NCBI GenBank assembly: GCA_963726195.1
Contig: CAVSBO010000008.1
Location: 32,001-96,000 of the forward strand
Source: Candidatus Thorarchaeota archaeon
Lineage (GTDB): Archaea; Asgardarchaeota; Thorarchaeia; Thorarchaeales; Thorarchaeaceae
Direction: 5' to 3'
DNA: 64,000 nucleotides
Numbering within the stretch: the stretch's first letter is position 1; each line of letters opens with the position of its first letter. A program made the translations under genes and the position numbers. Under the pieces are notes generated by a model. The model was not told the origin of the DNA. It saw only the letters and a list, made by a program, of their open reading frames with translations, and ran no database searches. Positions 52,394 through 63,611 of this stretch are shown here, one piece after another.

Positions 52394-54312
52394 GTTGCCT
52401 GTCCTCCGACAGCTGCCATAGTTGGTCTTCGTTGTGAACGTCCAGTCCGAGTATCCATCCCTGCTAGCGTGGTCAGGATGTCTGCATACAAACCCCCTTT
52501 CGCGAGCAGTTCTTCATGAGTCCCAGATTCCACGATGTGGCCGCGGTCCATCATTACTATCAGGTCGGCATTTCGAATGGTCGAGATGCGATGCGTAATC
52601 ACGAAGGTCGTACGACCGGCCATCACGTTTTCCAGCGCTTTGCGAATCAGGTTCTCTGTCTTTGCATCAACTGAGCTAGTAGAGTCATCAAGGATGAGTA
52701 TGCGAGGGTCGGCCAACAATGCTCTTGCTATGGCAATCCTCTGCTTCTGGCCGCCGCTAAGTGTTACTCCTCGTTCCCCGATAACGGTGTCATATCCCAT
52801 CTCAAGAGACAACACAAAGTCATGTATCATCGCCGCTTTTGCAGCTTCTTCAATCTCCTCCAGTGCAGCATCGGGCCGGGCAAAGGCGATATTCTCACGT
52901 ATCGATGCCGAAAACAGAAATGGGTCTTGGTGGACCATCCCGATTTGTTTCCTCAAGTCCTGAAGGCTGTACTGACGGACATCGACACCATCGATAAGTA
53001 GCGCCCCGGGCTGTTTTACAGGGTACATCCCACCTTGAATCGATATGATGCCATCCCGCATGGCGTATTCTTTTCCGTCTATCTTTGTCTTGCCCTTCTC
53101 GTCTATCCTGTAGGTCTTGCCTCGGTACGTCACATTCGGTTGCGACTCCACGTCGTAGAATCTGGGAATCAAGTTGATCAAGCTGGTCTTCCCTGAGCCG
53201 GTCCCCCCCAGCAAAGCCACGACTTGGCCGGGCTTGACTTTCAAATTGACGTCTCTCAGTATCCATTTCTCACCACGATAGACTGAAGTCCACTCTATCG
53301 AACTCAACCTCCCCTCGGAGTCGTTCAACATGCACAGGATTCTCTGGTTCCATCATTCTGTCAGAATGATCTAGGATGTAGAAGGTCCGCTCGGCGGCCG
53401 CAGACGCTCTTTGGTACATGCCGACTCCCCAGCTGAAGAACCGTGCCGGAAGACCTAGCATTGTAACTAGGCTGACAAACGCCACAAACTCGCCATACGA
53501 CATTATGTCGACGACATAGAGGAGACCACCATAGTAGATTACGAAGCCGGTAGCAATACCTAGCACAGTGATCAAGAATGGTGAGTAGAGTGCGTTCAGC
53601 TTGAATGCTCGGATTACTATGTCCATGAAGCCTCTGTTTTCGCGCTCGACCCGCATTGATTCCCTTTCTACAGTTGCGTATGATCTGATGACCTTCATTC
53701 CAACTATGTTCTCTTGCATGACGCTGCTCAGCACACCAAACTGGTTTCGGGACGACATGAAAATCGGGCGCACTCGCTTTGCAAACACGTAAACGAACAG
53801 TATCATCGACGGGACAATCAGAAGCATGTAGATGGTCAGCTGGTGGTTTCAGCTGCCACATGACATAGTAGGTACCCAGCAACGAGAACCACCCCGATGA
53901 ATATCACACGATAACCCCAGACCAAGAACTCCCGCATCGTGGTGACATCGGTTGTGACTCTAGCTAAGAGCTGGCCGGTCTCATTCTCGTCATAGAATGC
54001 TAGGTCCTTTTCCATCAGACTATCGTAGAGCTCAGAACGGAGGTCGTAAATCACATGCTGTGCCATGAGCGAAGACAGATAGCGGCCAACCATGTCTAAG
54101 GCCGCGTAGAGACCAATCAGCAACAGATACAGAAGGGCGTAAGAAAGAAGCAGGCCATACTGCAAGTTTGGTATGACCGAGTCTACGATGATGGCAAGCA
54201 CGAGCGGCGTGATTGTATTGAACATGACACCTAGACCTGCAGCAAGCATAGCACCGATGAAGAGACCACGCTGCTTGATGGCATAGCCCGTGAGTCTTCT
54301 CATGTACCCCAT
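52390..54312 (-). CDS. Heterodimeric ABC exporter subunit (TMD-NBD, degenerate Walker B), several frameshifts
   Basis: GGTGSGKT, LSGGQKQR, ILDDSTS; TMD spread over ORFs 53836, 53361 and 53270. Confidence 0.88.
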
Positions 54313-54333
54313 AGCTTCTGTCGTCCTTTGTTG

Positions 54334-54753
54334 CTAATGCCCGCATTCTTTCGCTAGCTTCGAACCCAAGGCCTTGCATTCATCAAGCTTTTCCTCGCTG
54401 GGGAAGTCCTTCGCTTTCAGTGGCTGTTCCTGAATGAGGCGTGCACCTTTGCTCCTAAGAAGGTCCGCTATCGCATCAGGTGCCTCTCCACTCCACCCAT
54501 ACGAACCAAAGCTCGCTGCAGCCAAACCTGATAGACCTGCCAATGCAGACAAGACTTCACGAATAGCCGGCAACGGTTTCTTGATGCGAGTCGAACTGCC
54601 GACAGCAAGGGCGCAGACGTCCTCAAGGTTCTGGAATGATGACGCATCGATCAGTTCGCATGTGACCCCTTCGGACCGGACCCCTTCACATATTGCTTGG
54701 GCCATCGCGCGTGTTCGACCCATTGTGCTCTCATATATCACAGCTACGTGCAT
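54334..54753 (-). CDS. Flavodoxin-domain protein (FprA-like)
   Basis: YESTMGRTRAMA, VGSST, FGSYGWSGEA. Confidence 0.88.
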   Translation of the reverse strand: MHVAVIYESTMGRTRAMAQAICEGVRSEGVTCELIDASSFQNLEDVCALAVGSSTRIKKPLPAIREVLSALAGLSGLAAASFGSYGWSGEAPDAIADLLRSKGARLIQEQPLKAKDFPSEEKLDECKALGSKLAKECGH

Positions 54754-54892
54754 GTCTGTCGAGCCGGAAGTCGCGGCAGCCAAGACAAAAGCGTTCTGCA
54801 ATGTCCACGAAAACGAAGACTCCCAATACTCGATTGCCCCTTTGTCGTATTCAAATGCATATATCTGGCCTCATAAGTGAATTGTATCAACA

Positions 54893-55570
54893 TTGACGGA
54901 CACTAAGATGCTAGCCAAAGTCGCAAGGATTTGCGATCTTTTGGCGGCTAACTATGGCACCGCAATATCGGACCGAGCTACGCCTCCTGTCGATGAACTA
55001 ATCCTGACGATCCTGAGCCAGAATACAAACGATACAAACAGCCAACGAGCATATGACAAGCTGAGAGCCACGTACCGCAGTTGGGATGATGTGCTTTCCG
55101 CACGCGAGGAGGAATTGGCCAATGTCATTAGGTCCTCAGGCTCCTACAGGCTAAAGGCGAAGAGAATCAAAGCGGCCTTGGCTGAAGTCATGGAAAGAGT
55201 TGGTCGGCTTGACCTCTCTTTGCTCAAAGACATGGGCACTGAGGAAGCAACGCAATGGCTAACTTCACTCTATGGAGTCGGCCCAAAGACAGCTGCGATC
55301 GTTCTTTTGTTCTGTTTTGGCAAGCCCACATTGCCTGTTGATACGCATGTATGGAGAGTATCGAAGCGTCTTGGTCTTGTACCTGACAGCACATCGCGCG
55401 TCAAAGCGCAAGAGAAGCTCCAGGCCATTGTGCCCATAGACTGCGTGTACTCTCTGAACCACAACCTCGTGACGCACGGCAGACGAGTCTGCCGGAAGCA
55501 ACGACCACTGTGCGAAGAATGCTTCCTCACTAAAGTCTGTGACTGGTATTCTGGACAGAGGCCTCACTAG
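54893..55570 (+). CDS. nth: Endonuclease III-like HhH-GPD DNA glycosylase
   Basis: ILSQNT.D, L.GVGPKTA, PVDTHV.R, C-x6-C-x2-C-x5-C. Confidence 0.92.
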   Translation: MTDTKMLAKVARICDLLAANYGTAISDRATPPVDELILTILSQNTNDTNSQRAYDKLRATYRSWDDVLSAREEELANVIRSSGSYRLKAKRIKAALAEVMERVGRLDLSLLKDMGTEEATQWLTSLYGVGPKTAAIVLLFCFGKPTLPVDTHVWRVSKRLGLVPDSTSRVKAQEKLQAIVPIDCVYSLNHNLVTHGRRVCRKQRPLCEECFLTKVCDWYSGQRPH

Positions 55571-55600
55571 CATGCCGACAAGCACAGGCCAGTGCTAGTT

Positions 55601-55915
55601 TCAGGGCTCCTCTTCTTCACTTTCATGGCGGGCTTCTTGGGTCTCATCCAAGAGTTCAGCAAAGTTCGCTCTGAGGTCCTCTAATACTGCATCATCTTCT
55701 GGCCGATTTGTCATGATAGTGAGAGTTCGACCCCACCAGCCACAGTCGAGGCAGTAGTAAGCCGGCTGAAAGGCACCGAGAAACCCTAGGTCTAGGTACG
55801 ATGTTATTTGAACTACCCGAGGGCTTTTGCACACGGGACAAATAGCGACGTCGGCCGAGATACCTCGTCGCCTGTACTCTTCAAGAGCGTCCTTCACGAT
55901 TTTCAGTCTTTTCAA
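55601..55915 (-). CDS. Small zinc-ribbon protein
   Basis: CPVC...YYC.DCGW.G. Confidence 0.7.
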   Translation of the reverse strand: MKRLKIVKDALEEYRRRGISADVAICPVCKSPRVVQITSYLDLGFLGAFQPAYYCLDCGWWGRTLTIMTNRPEDDAVLEDLRANFAELLDETQEARHESEEEEP

Positions 55916-56165
55916 ATCCCGGAGCTCCCTGCTCGTTCAGCTGCCCGCTCTGTTGTTCAGCCGACGTGTCTATCCTCGCCTATTACGACTAACGAGCTCA
56001 GAATGATATACCTCTTTCGAAGGTGCTCCTTATTCGTAAAGAAATAGGAGGTTCATGGTCGCTCGGAGACCTAAGCTCGCTCTCTGGACACAGCCAGAAG
56101 TACGAGTTTAGGGCCCAAGACCATGAACCGGACTGGCATTCAACTTCGAACCGTCTAGTGATCGA

Positions 56166-56600
56166 TTACAAGATGTAGAACATGACGAAGTTGATAATGC
56201 CGAGTACGAAAGATACTATCCACAGAAGCAACACGATTTGCATCCATAGCTTGAGTTTCTTTGTCAGCTCTGGCTTCTGGCCCTTGAGCAAGTATAACGT
56301 AGGAATGAAGAAGGCCATGAAGATTGTGATGCTACCGATGATAACCATCAGGGTTAGGTACCAGTATACGCCCAAGTCGATACCCGTGTCGAATATTCTG
56401 ATTGCTTGGGGAATCATCCAAATGAAGGTAGCAACGCCTCCGAGAATTAGGGTCATGGCAAGAGCATCGTGATGCATCGTGACGTTCTGCTTGCCGGTTC
56501 TCTTGAAGAAGCTGTAAATCAAGAACAACAGAGCTAGAATTCCAACTACCAGCGAAATGCCGGCCATGTCAATTGTAGGAACCTGCATCATTATCACCAT
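56166..56600 (-). CDS. Four-TM membrane protein
   Basis: Four hydrophobic helices, HH after TM1. Confidence 0.6.
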   Translation of the reverse strand: MVIMMQVPTIDMAGISLVVGILALLFLIYSFFKRTGKQNVTMHHDALAMTLILGGVATFIWMIPQAIRIFDTGIDLGVYWYLTLMVIIGSITIFMAFFIPTLYLLKGQKPELTKKLKLWMQIVLLLWIVSFVLGIINFVMFYIL

Positions 56601-56777
56601 TTATGACGTGATTTAACTGAATCTCCGTGTTCTTCTTCTTAAAGTTACTGGCCATGTGTATACTCAATGGCTTTCATGAGCGCCTATTGGCGCCGCGTTC
56701 ATCAATAGGGCGCCAGAAGTGATGCATCTTGTCTACTCGGAAAAGTGAAATGCAGGTCGGTGATTCCCGTACCTCAG

Positions 56778-57272
56778 ATGAACGCACAGAAGGCACGCAG
56801 TTCCTACGTTGATATCATCCTCGTCGTGGCTTCAGTCCTGATACTTTCGTTTTCCGTTTGGACATGGATTACGGCGCTTCCTATTCCCAAGGAAACAGTC
56901 TACCTTGCAACTACAATCGGTCTCGTCATTTCACTAGTCTTGATCATCAACGTCGCCATACTAGTTGTACTGCGGCTTCAGAGACGGGTTACGCGTCTTG
57001 AGGACATGCTTTCTACAAGTGCCGCAAGCCCCAATGAGTCCGAGAAAGAAAGAGTCGTAGTCGTGACATTAAGCAACGTAGAGCGTCGCATCATCAATAG
57101 GCTCGAAGAGGGTGGTGGTCAGATGACCCAAGATGAACTTAGGAAGGACGTAAACCTTAGCAAGTCTACGCTCAGCGTTGCCCTATCGTCTCTCGAAAGG
57201 AAGTCGCTCGTGAGTCGGAAAGTCAGTGGAAGGACGAAGATAGTCGTGCTGGAGAGAAAACTCCCCCAGTGA
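56778..57272 (+). CDS. Membrane-anchored MarR-like HTH regulator
   Basis: Two TMs then L...ER.II..L...GG..TQ.EL....LSKS..S..L..LE.K.LV.R...GR.K. Confidence 0.82.
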   Translation: MNAQKARSSYVDIILVVASVLILSFSVWTWITALPIPKETVYLATTIGLVISLVLIINVAILVVLRLQRRVTRLEDMLSTSAASPNESEKERVVVVTLSNVERRIINRLEEGGGQMTQDELRKDVNLSKSTLSVALSSLERKSLVSRKVSGRTKIVVLERKLPQ

Positions 57273-57458
57273 AGCCTCTCTGGTCCCAAATAAGGCCCAT
57301 AACTCTATTGGAACAGTCATCACGATTATGAATGCCCAAAGTGCAACGGCGGAACCTATTCCCGGCTTTATTCCTGTGTTCATGAATGGTTCACGGCGAA
57401 CCTCTAAGTCATTTCCTGATATCGTGTCTGACAGAAATCTAAGATTCGAGGTCTCATC

Positions 57459-59171
57459 ATGAGAAGTATGAATGATCGGCGGGTTGCTACGGTCTTACTC
57501 GTAACGACCCTGATGATGATCAGTATTGGACCCGTGGCGGCAATGCAGGTCGGCCAGAGCCCGAAGCCTGCTCAATCTGCGCCTCCTTTCCAGGAGATGC
57601 TTCCCGGAGTCTATGTGTATTGGCGATGGTGGAACGAATCGAGCCGGACTGTTGGGCCGGTTCCTATGGACGCTCGGAATCAATACAGCTACCGGTACAT
57701 CTACTATGTCGAGGATACCTTTGGACACGGTTACTGGATTCGCGAGGACAGCGAGTACAACTCGACCGACGTGTGGTCCTTCTCGAATTTGCTGGTGACC
57801 ATAATCCTCGACCCTGATGGCACATTCATCAGCTGGCTCTCGACTCAGCCGAGGCAAGAGAACCCATGGACAATATTCTGGGCTCCGAATATCAAGGCGC
57901 TGTCTGGGGACGAGGTTTTCATCTATTCATCCTTCTACTATAGCAAGTACAACTACAGCTATTCGTACAAGTCCGACTACACATGGACCGACAAAATGGG
58001 AAATACAGTCAATCCGAACTCCATTATCCCGAATCTGAAGGAAGAATACCAGTGGGCATCCGTCATGAACGCGTCACAAAGCCATTCCTCCAATCGGCAC
58101 TACTGTGGGTTCGGCTATGATATCAGCGAGATGACCACCAAGGACAACCAGACACAGTGGATGCAACACTACTTCAATGGTCTGTCCGTCTTCAATGACA
58201 CAAACCACAACGGGATCATAGATGTCACATACGAGACGAATATGCCGGGCGTGTCTGGACCTAGTACCAATATCATGCCAAACGAGTCGTACCCGGTGCT
58301 GAACGAAAAGAAATCCGAGCTGGAGTATATCTTCATAGCACAGAATGCCACCATCGGGCAGGTACAAACTCCGTTTGTCAACACCAATGGGGAGATTCAA
58401 TGGAGCGCTGAGGTCACAAGCATAGAGGGAGACTTGGTCTCGCCATTTGTCGAAGCTATAGGACTGCCAAGCCGTCCAGCGAACACCGCAGCAATGACAC
58501 CAAAGAGCATTGCGACCAAGGTTGATAGTCTGAAGATGATCTATCATTTTCAAGTGACTAGCGAAGCTGCAGTACTCAAGATAGATCAGCACATAGGAAG
58601 ATTCACAAACCCTGTGGACGGGAAGGTGCTGCCACAGGTTCAGGGGCTGAGTCTGGCACTGAACTACTGGAGTTCCTTCTCCAGTTCTAGCTTGGTTCCA
58701 TTGGCTGGTACCAGCACGACTGCAACTCCCTTGACTTCGAGTCCGAATGCTGAACCCATCTCGAGTGGCGGTCTCCTTTTCACTGATGAAGGCAAGCCTC
58801 TTGTGATGATCAAGTTCGGTGGTACGTATGTCTGGGGCTGGGACAACTCAACGCACAACGTGGGGACGGCAGTGATGCCAATGTACCTCTTTGCCTACCC
58901 GCTGACTGCTAACGCTCCGCTAACCAACACTGTTTCCGGAGTAGTCCCAATGCGTGCTGGTTCGTACTACTACAGCACTTGCTATGGTAACTGGAGCGGA
59001 TACTCGATTACTCACGATCCAGTCTTTGTCGCATATCCCGGAGTAAGTCCTGCGGATGTCAGCGGGAGAATCTCAGGCATATTCATCTTCACTCTGCTTT
59101 TGGGCGGCATAGGAGTGGTCGTTCTTTCAGCAGTAATCATGAGAATCGTTAGAGTTCGTAGGTCCTCGTGA
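57459..59171 (+). CDS. Secreted, C-terminally anchored surface glycoprotein of unknown function
   Basis: Signal peptide, FNDTN.NG.ID Ca-like motif, I.HDP.F, C-terminal TM plus RR. Confidence 0.7.
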   Translation: MRSMNDRRVATVLLVTTLMMISIGPVAAMQVGQSPKPAQSAPPFQEMLPGVYVYWRWWNESSRTVGPVPMDARNQYSYRYIYYVEDTFGHGYWIREDSEYNSTDVWSFSNLLVTIILDPDGTFISWLSTQPRQENPWTIFWAPNIKALSGDEVFIYSSFYYSKYNYSYSYKSDYTWTDKMGNTVNPNSIIPNLKEEYQWASVMNASQSHSSNRHYCGFGYDISEMTTKDNQTQWMQHYFNGLSVFNDTNHNGIIDVTYETNMPGVSGPSTNIMPNESYPVLNEKKSELEYIFIAQNATIGQVQTPFVNTNGEIQWSAEVTSIEGDLVSPFVEAIGLPSRPANTAAMTPKSIATKVDSLKMIYHFQVTSEAAVLKIDQHIGRFTNPVDGKVLPQVQGLSLALNYWSSFSSSSLVPLAGTSTTATPLTSSPNAEPISSGGLLFTDEGKPLVMIKFGGTYVWGWDNSTHNVGTAVMPMYLFAYPLTANAPLTNTVSGVVPMRAGSYYYSTCYGNWSGYSITHDPVFVAYPGVSPADVSGRISGIFIFTLLLGGIGVVVLSAVIMRIVRVRRSS

Positions 59172-59201
59172 AGGGGGCAGCAGCCCCCTCCTCTTTTTTT
59201 T
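59172..59201 (+). terminator. Hairpin plus T8 intrinsic terminator
   Basis: AGGGGGC-AGCA-GCCCCCT followed by CCTC and T8 right after the stop codon. Confidence 0.75.
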
Positions 59202-59251
59202 GGAATCACACGCGTTCCTGCTACTGGCACTGTCAAAGGAACACAATCCCC

Positions 59252-60055
59252 TTAGGTTTGGATTTGTAGCGTTCTGAGACAATCATCGAGGAACGATTTG
59301 GCTTTGACTATGTTATCTTTCTGCCTGTGAGACACTTCGACAGTGATTGCCTTCTCATAGCCGGCTCGATGGAGGGCGCTCAAGGTCTCAAGCAGATTGA
59401 TATCACCGGTCCCCGGCAGAAGGTACCGCCTATGTCCATCCGCATCTAGGAGCCTTCCATCGCCGTCCCTGAAATGCACATTCAGCAACCTGTTGCCAAA
59501 TAACTCTATGATATCACTCATCTGTGAGCCATGGTACCGCACGTATTCCAAATCAATAGTCACGCCAAGTGATGTCTGTTCGTGCGCTTTGATAATGTCC
59601 GACAGGAACTGCTCCACATTGGGAACATAGGGCATATTCTCTAGGGTAAGGCTGCAATTCGCCTCTTCCGACATTTGCAGAATCCTATCCAGTCTGGTCA
59701 GCCACTGAGTCCCCGATAGCTCAGTTGGCTCAGGCGGATGAAGCACAGCGACCTGAATTCCCAGCTTGGCAACGAAGTCAAATACGGCACGCGTGACTTC
59801 ATAGAATTCCTCCTCTCTTTGAGATAGTACAAGTTTGGGCAGGTGAATTGAATACGGCTGAAGCGCAAGGTCATGCAGGGCGGCCTCGATTGTTCTTCCG
59901 ACCCACTGCGGCTGGTTGTTATAGATGAGCTCGACATGGTCAAAGCCACAATCGCGGACACGGACTAGAGTACGAATCTGGTCCATGAGAAATAGCTCCG
60001 GCTGGGTTCCTGATCTTATTCCGCCGATTGTTGAACACGATACGATCATGTCCAT
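59252..60055 (-). CDS. Sugar-phosphate isomerase/epimerase (AP endonuclease 2 TIM barrel)
   Basis: GFD.VEL, SIHLP, VLHP, LENMP, NVHFRD, PG.G.I, I.VE. Confidence 0.85.
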   Translation of the reverse strand: MDMIVSCSTIGGIRSGTQPELFLMDQIRTLVRVRDCGFDHVELIYNNQPQWVGRTIEAALHDLALQPYSIHLPKLVLSQREEEFYEVTRAVFDFVAKLGIQVAVLHPPEPTELSGTQWLTRLDRILQMSEEANCSLTLENMPYVPNVEQFLSDIIKAHEQTSLGVTIDLEYVRYHGSQMSDIIELFGNRLLNVHFRDGDGRLLDADGHRRYLLPGTGDINLLETLSALHRAGYEKAITVEVSHRQKDNIVKAKSFLDDCLRTLQIQT

Positions 60056-60229
60056 TGCCAGCTGTCGTGTTGGAGTCGGTCTCAAGCTGGCATCTTCGCG
60101 TTATATTGGTGCGTGTTAGTGACAGATTCACTGAATCAGCGGACCACGCTTGACCCAATTGCTCCGTTCGCAGGGACCCCCCCAATGAACCAGAAATGCT
60201 TTTACTTAACAGTTGACAGCCACTGATTC

Positions 60230-61250
60230 TTGATGAGTGAATCTATGCCGCGCCATGTTATTGCAGCGATATTGCTCTGCACAGCCTTCGTGCTCTTTCA
60301 GACGCCTCCATGCTTGGCAGGCCGCACTACCTACTCACAGAATGGGATTAGAGCTGAATTGGCCCGGTGGGCTCATAATCGACCACAACTGCATCGATCT
60401 GGGTGCCATCCCAGCTGAGTGGATTGATTCCGCAAAGAACGACGTCAAGATTCACTACGCACACACCAGCCATGGAGAGCAGATAACAACCGGTCTCGAC
60501 CTAATTGAGGCCGAGAACTCGACCTTCAGTCAAGTTCAGGGAGATTGTTACTTACCCACGGAGTCGGGTGCACTATGCATACTCGATGGGAACCCTCCCA
60601 ATTCCTATGTAACACCTGATCTCTACTGGCAGACCACCGAGGGCATAGCGACAACGGAAGCTACACTCCACGACAACCCCAGTCTTACGGTATCTATGTG
60701 GATGTGGTGCACACAACTGGATTCCTATAGTCAGGAAGAGACACAGGCCTACTTGGACGCAATGTCCTCTCTTGAATTGGCTCATCCAGGGGTTACCTTC
60801 GTGTACATGACAGGCAACGCACAAGCGACCGGTTCAGACGGATACAATCGCTGGCTGCGGAACGATCAGATACGTCAGTTCTGTCGCGACGGCGGCAAGA
60901 TTCTATTTGACTTCGAGAATCTTGACTGTTGGAGTAACGGCGATCACAGCACTTACGACTACACTACTGACGGGCACACATACACGATACCTTGCGAGCA
61001 TGCAAACTTCCACGGAGATGAAGCTGGGCACACAACCTACACGAGCTGTGAACAGAAGGGTCAGGCCTTTTGGTGGCTTGCAGCATGCATAGCAGGCTGG
61101 AATGCACCCCAACAGCACGATACCACAACGAGTGGAACAACGACTGGAGGAACAAACACTTTCAGTTTCATCGATGGAATGCTTCTAGGGGGCGGCTTGC
61201 TTGCGGCACTCGCACTAATCACTGTCATAGTGTACCGAAGGAAGCCATAG
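60230..61250 (+). CDS. Secreted membrane-anchored hypothetical (possible SGNH-like hydrolase), frameshift near 60380
   Basis: Signal peptide in ORF 60230; HTSHG.QI, WMWC, YMTG, RN..IR, LFDF; Thr linker and C-terminal TM. Confidence 0.6.
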
Positions 61251-61255
61251 AAGGA

Positions 61256-62046
61256 CTACACAATCTGGAACTTAGCGACTTGTGGCTTCTCTAGAATCGT
61301 CCACTCACCTCGAGTACCGGCTGCTAGCGCGCCCAGCTCAAGATGCAGCATAGCAATACCGCAATCTAGACGATAGGATATACGACCGAACATGTTTCTG
61401 GAACTAGTTTCGCTGACAGTTATCGAATCTTCATCAATAAGGAACCTCCACGGCTGCCTATTGATAGCCGATGGCGCAAGCCTTGCCGCTTCGAGAGATT
61501 TCGTCATCCACTGCTTCGGAGGATGACTGTGAGGCAAAATGAGATTGCGCAGTTGCTGCCGCTGGTGCAGTTTGACATGACCGTTTCTCAGGCCGTCGAT
61601 ACGCACGTCTGGATCTTCGGCATAGCCTATGGGCGTCACTCCAGCCACGTACTCAGAATCAGCAACATCGATGTCTTTTCTTACGACCTCCGGACGGAAG
61701 AAACCGGCCACCCAGCAGGTGTTCAGACCGAGAGCTGTCGCTTCCAGAATTATGCCCTCGCCCATGTAGCCCAGAGCTATATCCACTGTTGGCGTGTTAT
61801 TGTCACCGACAAAGGCAACATAATGCGGTGCGCCTTTCACCTTGCCATAAGAGCCGACTGCTCCCCTGAATACATCGTCCGGTGGGCTTCGGACGAGTTC
61901 GGCGCGTGCTCCTTCATAGGGACGGAATTCGCGGCACGTCTTTTCGAGCTTCGAAGATCCTTCTCTAAAACGGGCTCGTCGGAATAGCTGCGTTCAGAGT
62001 GGCGCAAGAAGATTGACTGGTACCATGATTCCACAGGCAATGCCAT
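61256..62046 (-). CDS. Two-domain nitroreductase-family protein, frameshifted
   Basis: I..RHS.RSY, GY.GE..IL.AT.LGL.TCW, ARLAPSAINRQPW, D.GIAMLH. Confidence 0.88.
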
Positions 62047-62239
62047 AGCCGTTCCCTGCAGGCAGTTTCCCTGTTCGTAGATAAGACCTGTTCTTGGTGC
62101 ATGTTCGGTTGACAGCCTGATTCATATGAAGCGGAAGCTGGCAATCCGTTCTCTCCTTTGTCTCTGGCCCTCAATCATCGTCCGCTGGAAGAGCTGAGAG
62201 TCTCGAAGAGCAGAGCCTCAACGGTACTCCCTTCTTCAT

Positions 62240-62731
62240 CTAAACCGGTATGACGGCCTTTTCTGCTTTCTTTCCGCTCATGCAGTCGATATCGATTCGA
62301 CCGATGTTGACATCCGCGATTGACTTTGCCGAGATTTGTTTCTGGATCACTTGAGCTGGATTGTTGTCCAGGGCGCGTATCATAATCGTAAGAGCGTGTT
62401 CCTTCTCCTTTGGATCTTTCACGAAGGTTACCTTGCCCTTGAAATGTACGCTGGCATAGAGATAGCTGCACTCACCTTGAACATAGCCACCGTCAATCAG
62501 AGCTTGGCCCCAGACGACGTTGTTAGCAGAGAGGATGTCAATCTTCTTGCCCTCTTTCGCACAGTGAAAGTAGATGCAGTTCCTCTCTTTCTCGTAAGCA
62601 TGGGTCAAGCTCACAAGATAGGGCTCGTTGTTAGCGCACATTGCAACCGTAACATACTGTGCATGCTGGAGAATACTCACCATCTCTTCTCGGCTCTTGA
62701 TGGCTTTCTCCTTTCGACGGAGTTCTCTCAT
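62240..62731 (-). CDS. NimA/pyridoxamine 5'-phosphate oxidase-like flavin-binding protein
   Basis: RRKEK, EPY.V, IYFHCA.EG.K, Y.SV...G, SGK. Confidence 0.88.
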   Translation of the reverse strand: MRELRRKEKAIKSREEMVSILQHAQYVTVAMCANNEPYLVSLTHAYEKERNCIYFHCAKEGKKIDILSANNVVWGQALIDGGYVQGECSYLYASVHFKGKVTFVKDPKEKEHALTIMIRALDNNPAQVIQKQISAKSIADVNIGRIDIDCMSGKKAEKAVIPV

Positions 62732-62804
62732 TTAGATACCGTGCGTCTTGCAGCATATGACTAGCATTTGTCGATTGCGATGATGTCTGGCTGCCAATGG
62801 TAGT

Positions 62805-63611
62805 TTAAGCCTTGCCGTAGCTTCTGAGGGCTCGCAATGCGTCGACAGTTGCATTCACAGCAAACTTCTCGCCATCCTCTGAGCTCCAACTGCCTTCTGC
62901 TCTTTGATGCGCTGCTAAATCCTGAATGACTCTCCCAACAAGCGGGTGACTACTGGGCAGGTCTGAATGCTTGAGACAAGTTAGAAGCCATGCAAGATTG
63001 GACCCCTCACACTCTGAAGGTGTGTATGCACTCTCAATCGCCTCGAGGGTCTCTTTGAATTCGGTAGAATCCGGACCGGGGTTATAGCTGAACAAGACGA
63101 GAGCATCCCAAGTGGCTCTCAGATAGCCTTTCAGTAAACCAGACCGTTCTCTCTGTTTGAGTAGAAAGCTGGCTGGGCATCCTTTGGAACCAGGCGGTTC
63201 CACACACCCAAAGCGCGTGAGCCAGTGGGCACAGCATGCGGTGAGCCACGTTCGGGTTCGATTTTCTCCGGGTGTCATGAAAGGCGGAGGATTGGTCGTC
63301 TTCACCGCTTCCACCTCGTCCCAGCCGCTGTCACTCTTCTGATGCATCTTGAGGAAGCGGACTGCGCCATCTACTAGTGTTCCTTCTTTAATCCGGAGGT
63401 CATCAAGCCAAGACATGACATTGAGGGTGGAACAAACCGTGCTGATTCCGCCCTTCTCTATTGAGTATCCTCCATCCTCGTTCTGCATTTCGTATAGTCT
63501 CTTGATTGCGGTGCTACTCTGTTTCTGCCCCCACAGAATCGATGACATCCGGCCAATCTGGATGGGGTCGCCACGAGCGGTTACAAAGGCAACAGCCTTC
63601 TCAATATTCAC
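62805..63611 (-). CDS. Prenyltransferase/squalene oxidase repeat protein
   Basis: QNEDGGY, QKSDSGW, QRAEGSW (QW-type) repeats. Confidence 0.8.
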   Translation of the reverse strand: MNIEKAVAFVTARGDPIQIGRMSSILWGQKQSSTAIKRLYEMQNEDGGYSIEKGGISTVCSTLNVMSWLDDLRIKEGTLVDGAVRFLKMHQKSDSGWDEVEAVKTTNPPPFMTPGENRTRTWLTACCAHWLTRFGCVEPPGSKGCPASFLLKQRERSGLLKGYLRATWDALVLFSYNPGPDSTEFKETLEAIESAYTPSECEGSNLAWLLTCLKHSDLPSSHPLVGRVIQDLAAHQRAEGSWSSEDGEKFAVNATVDALRALRSYGKA

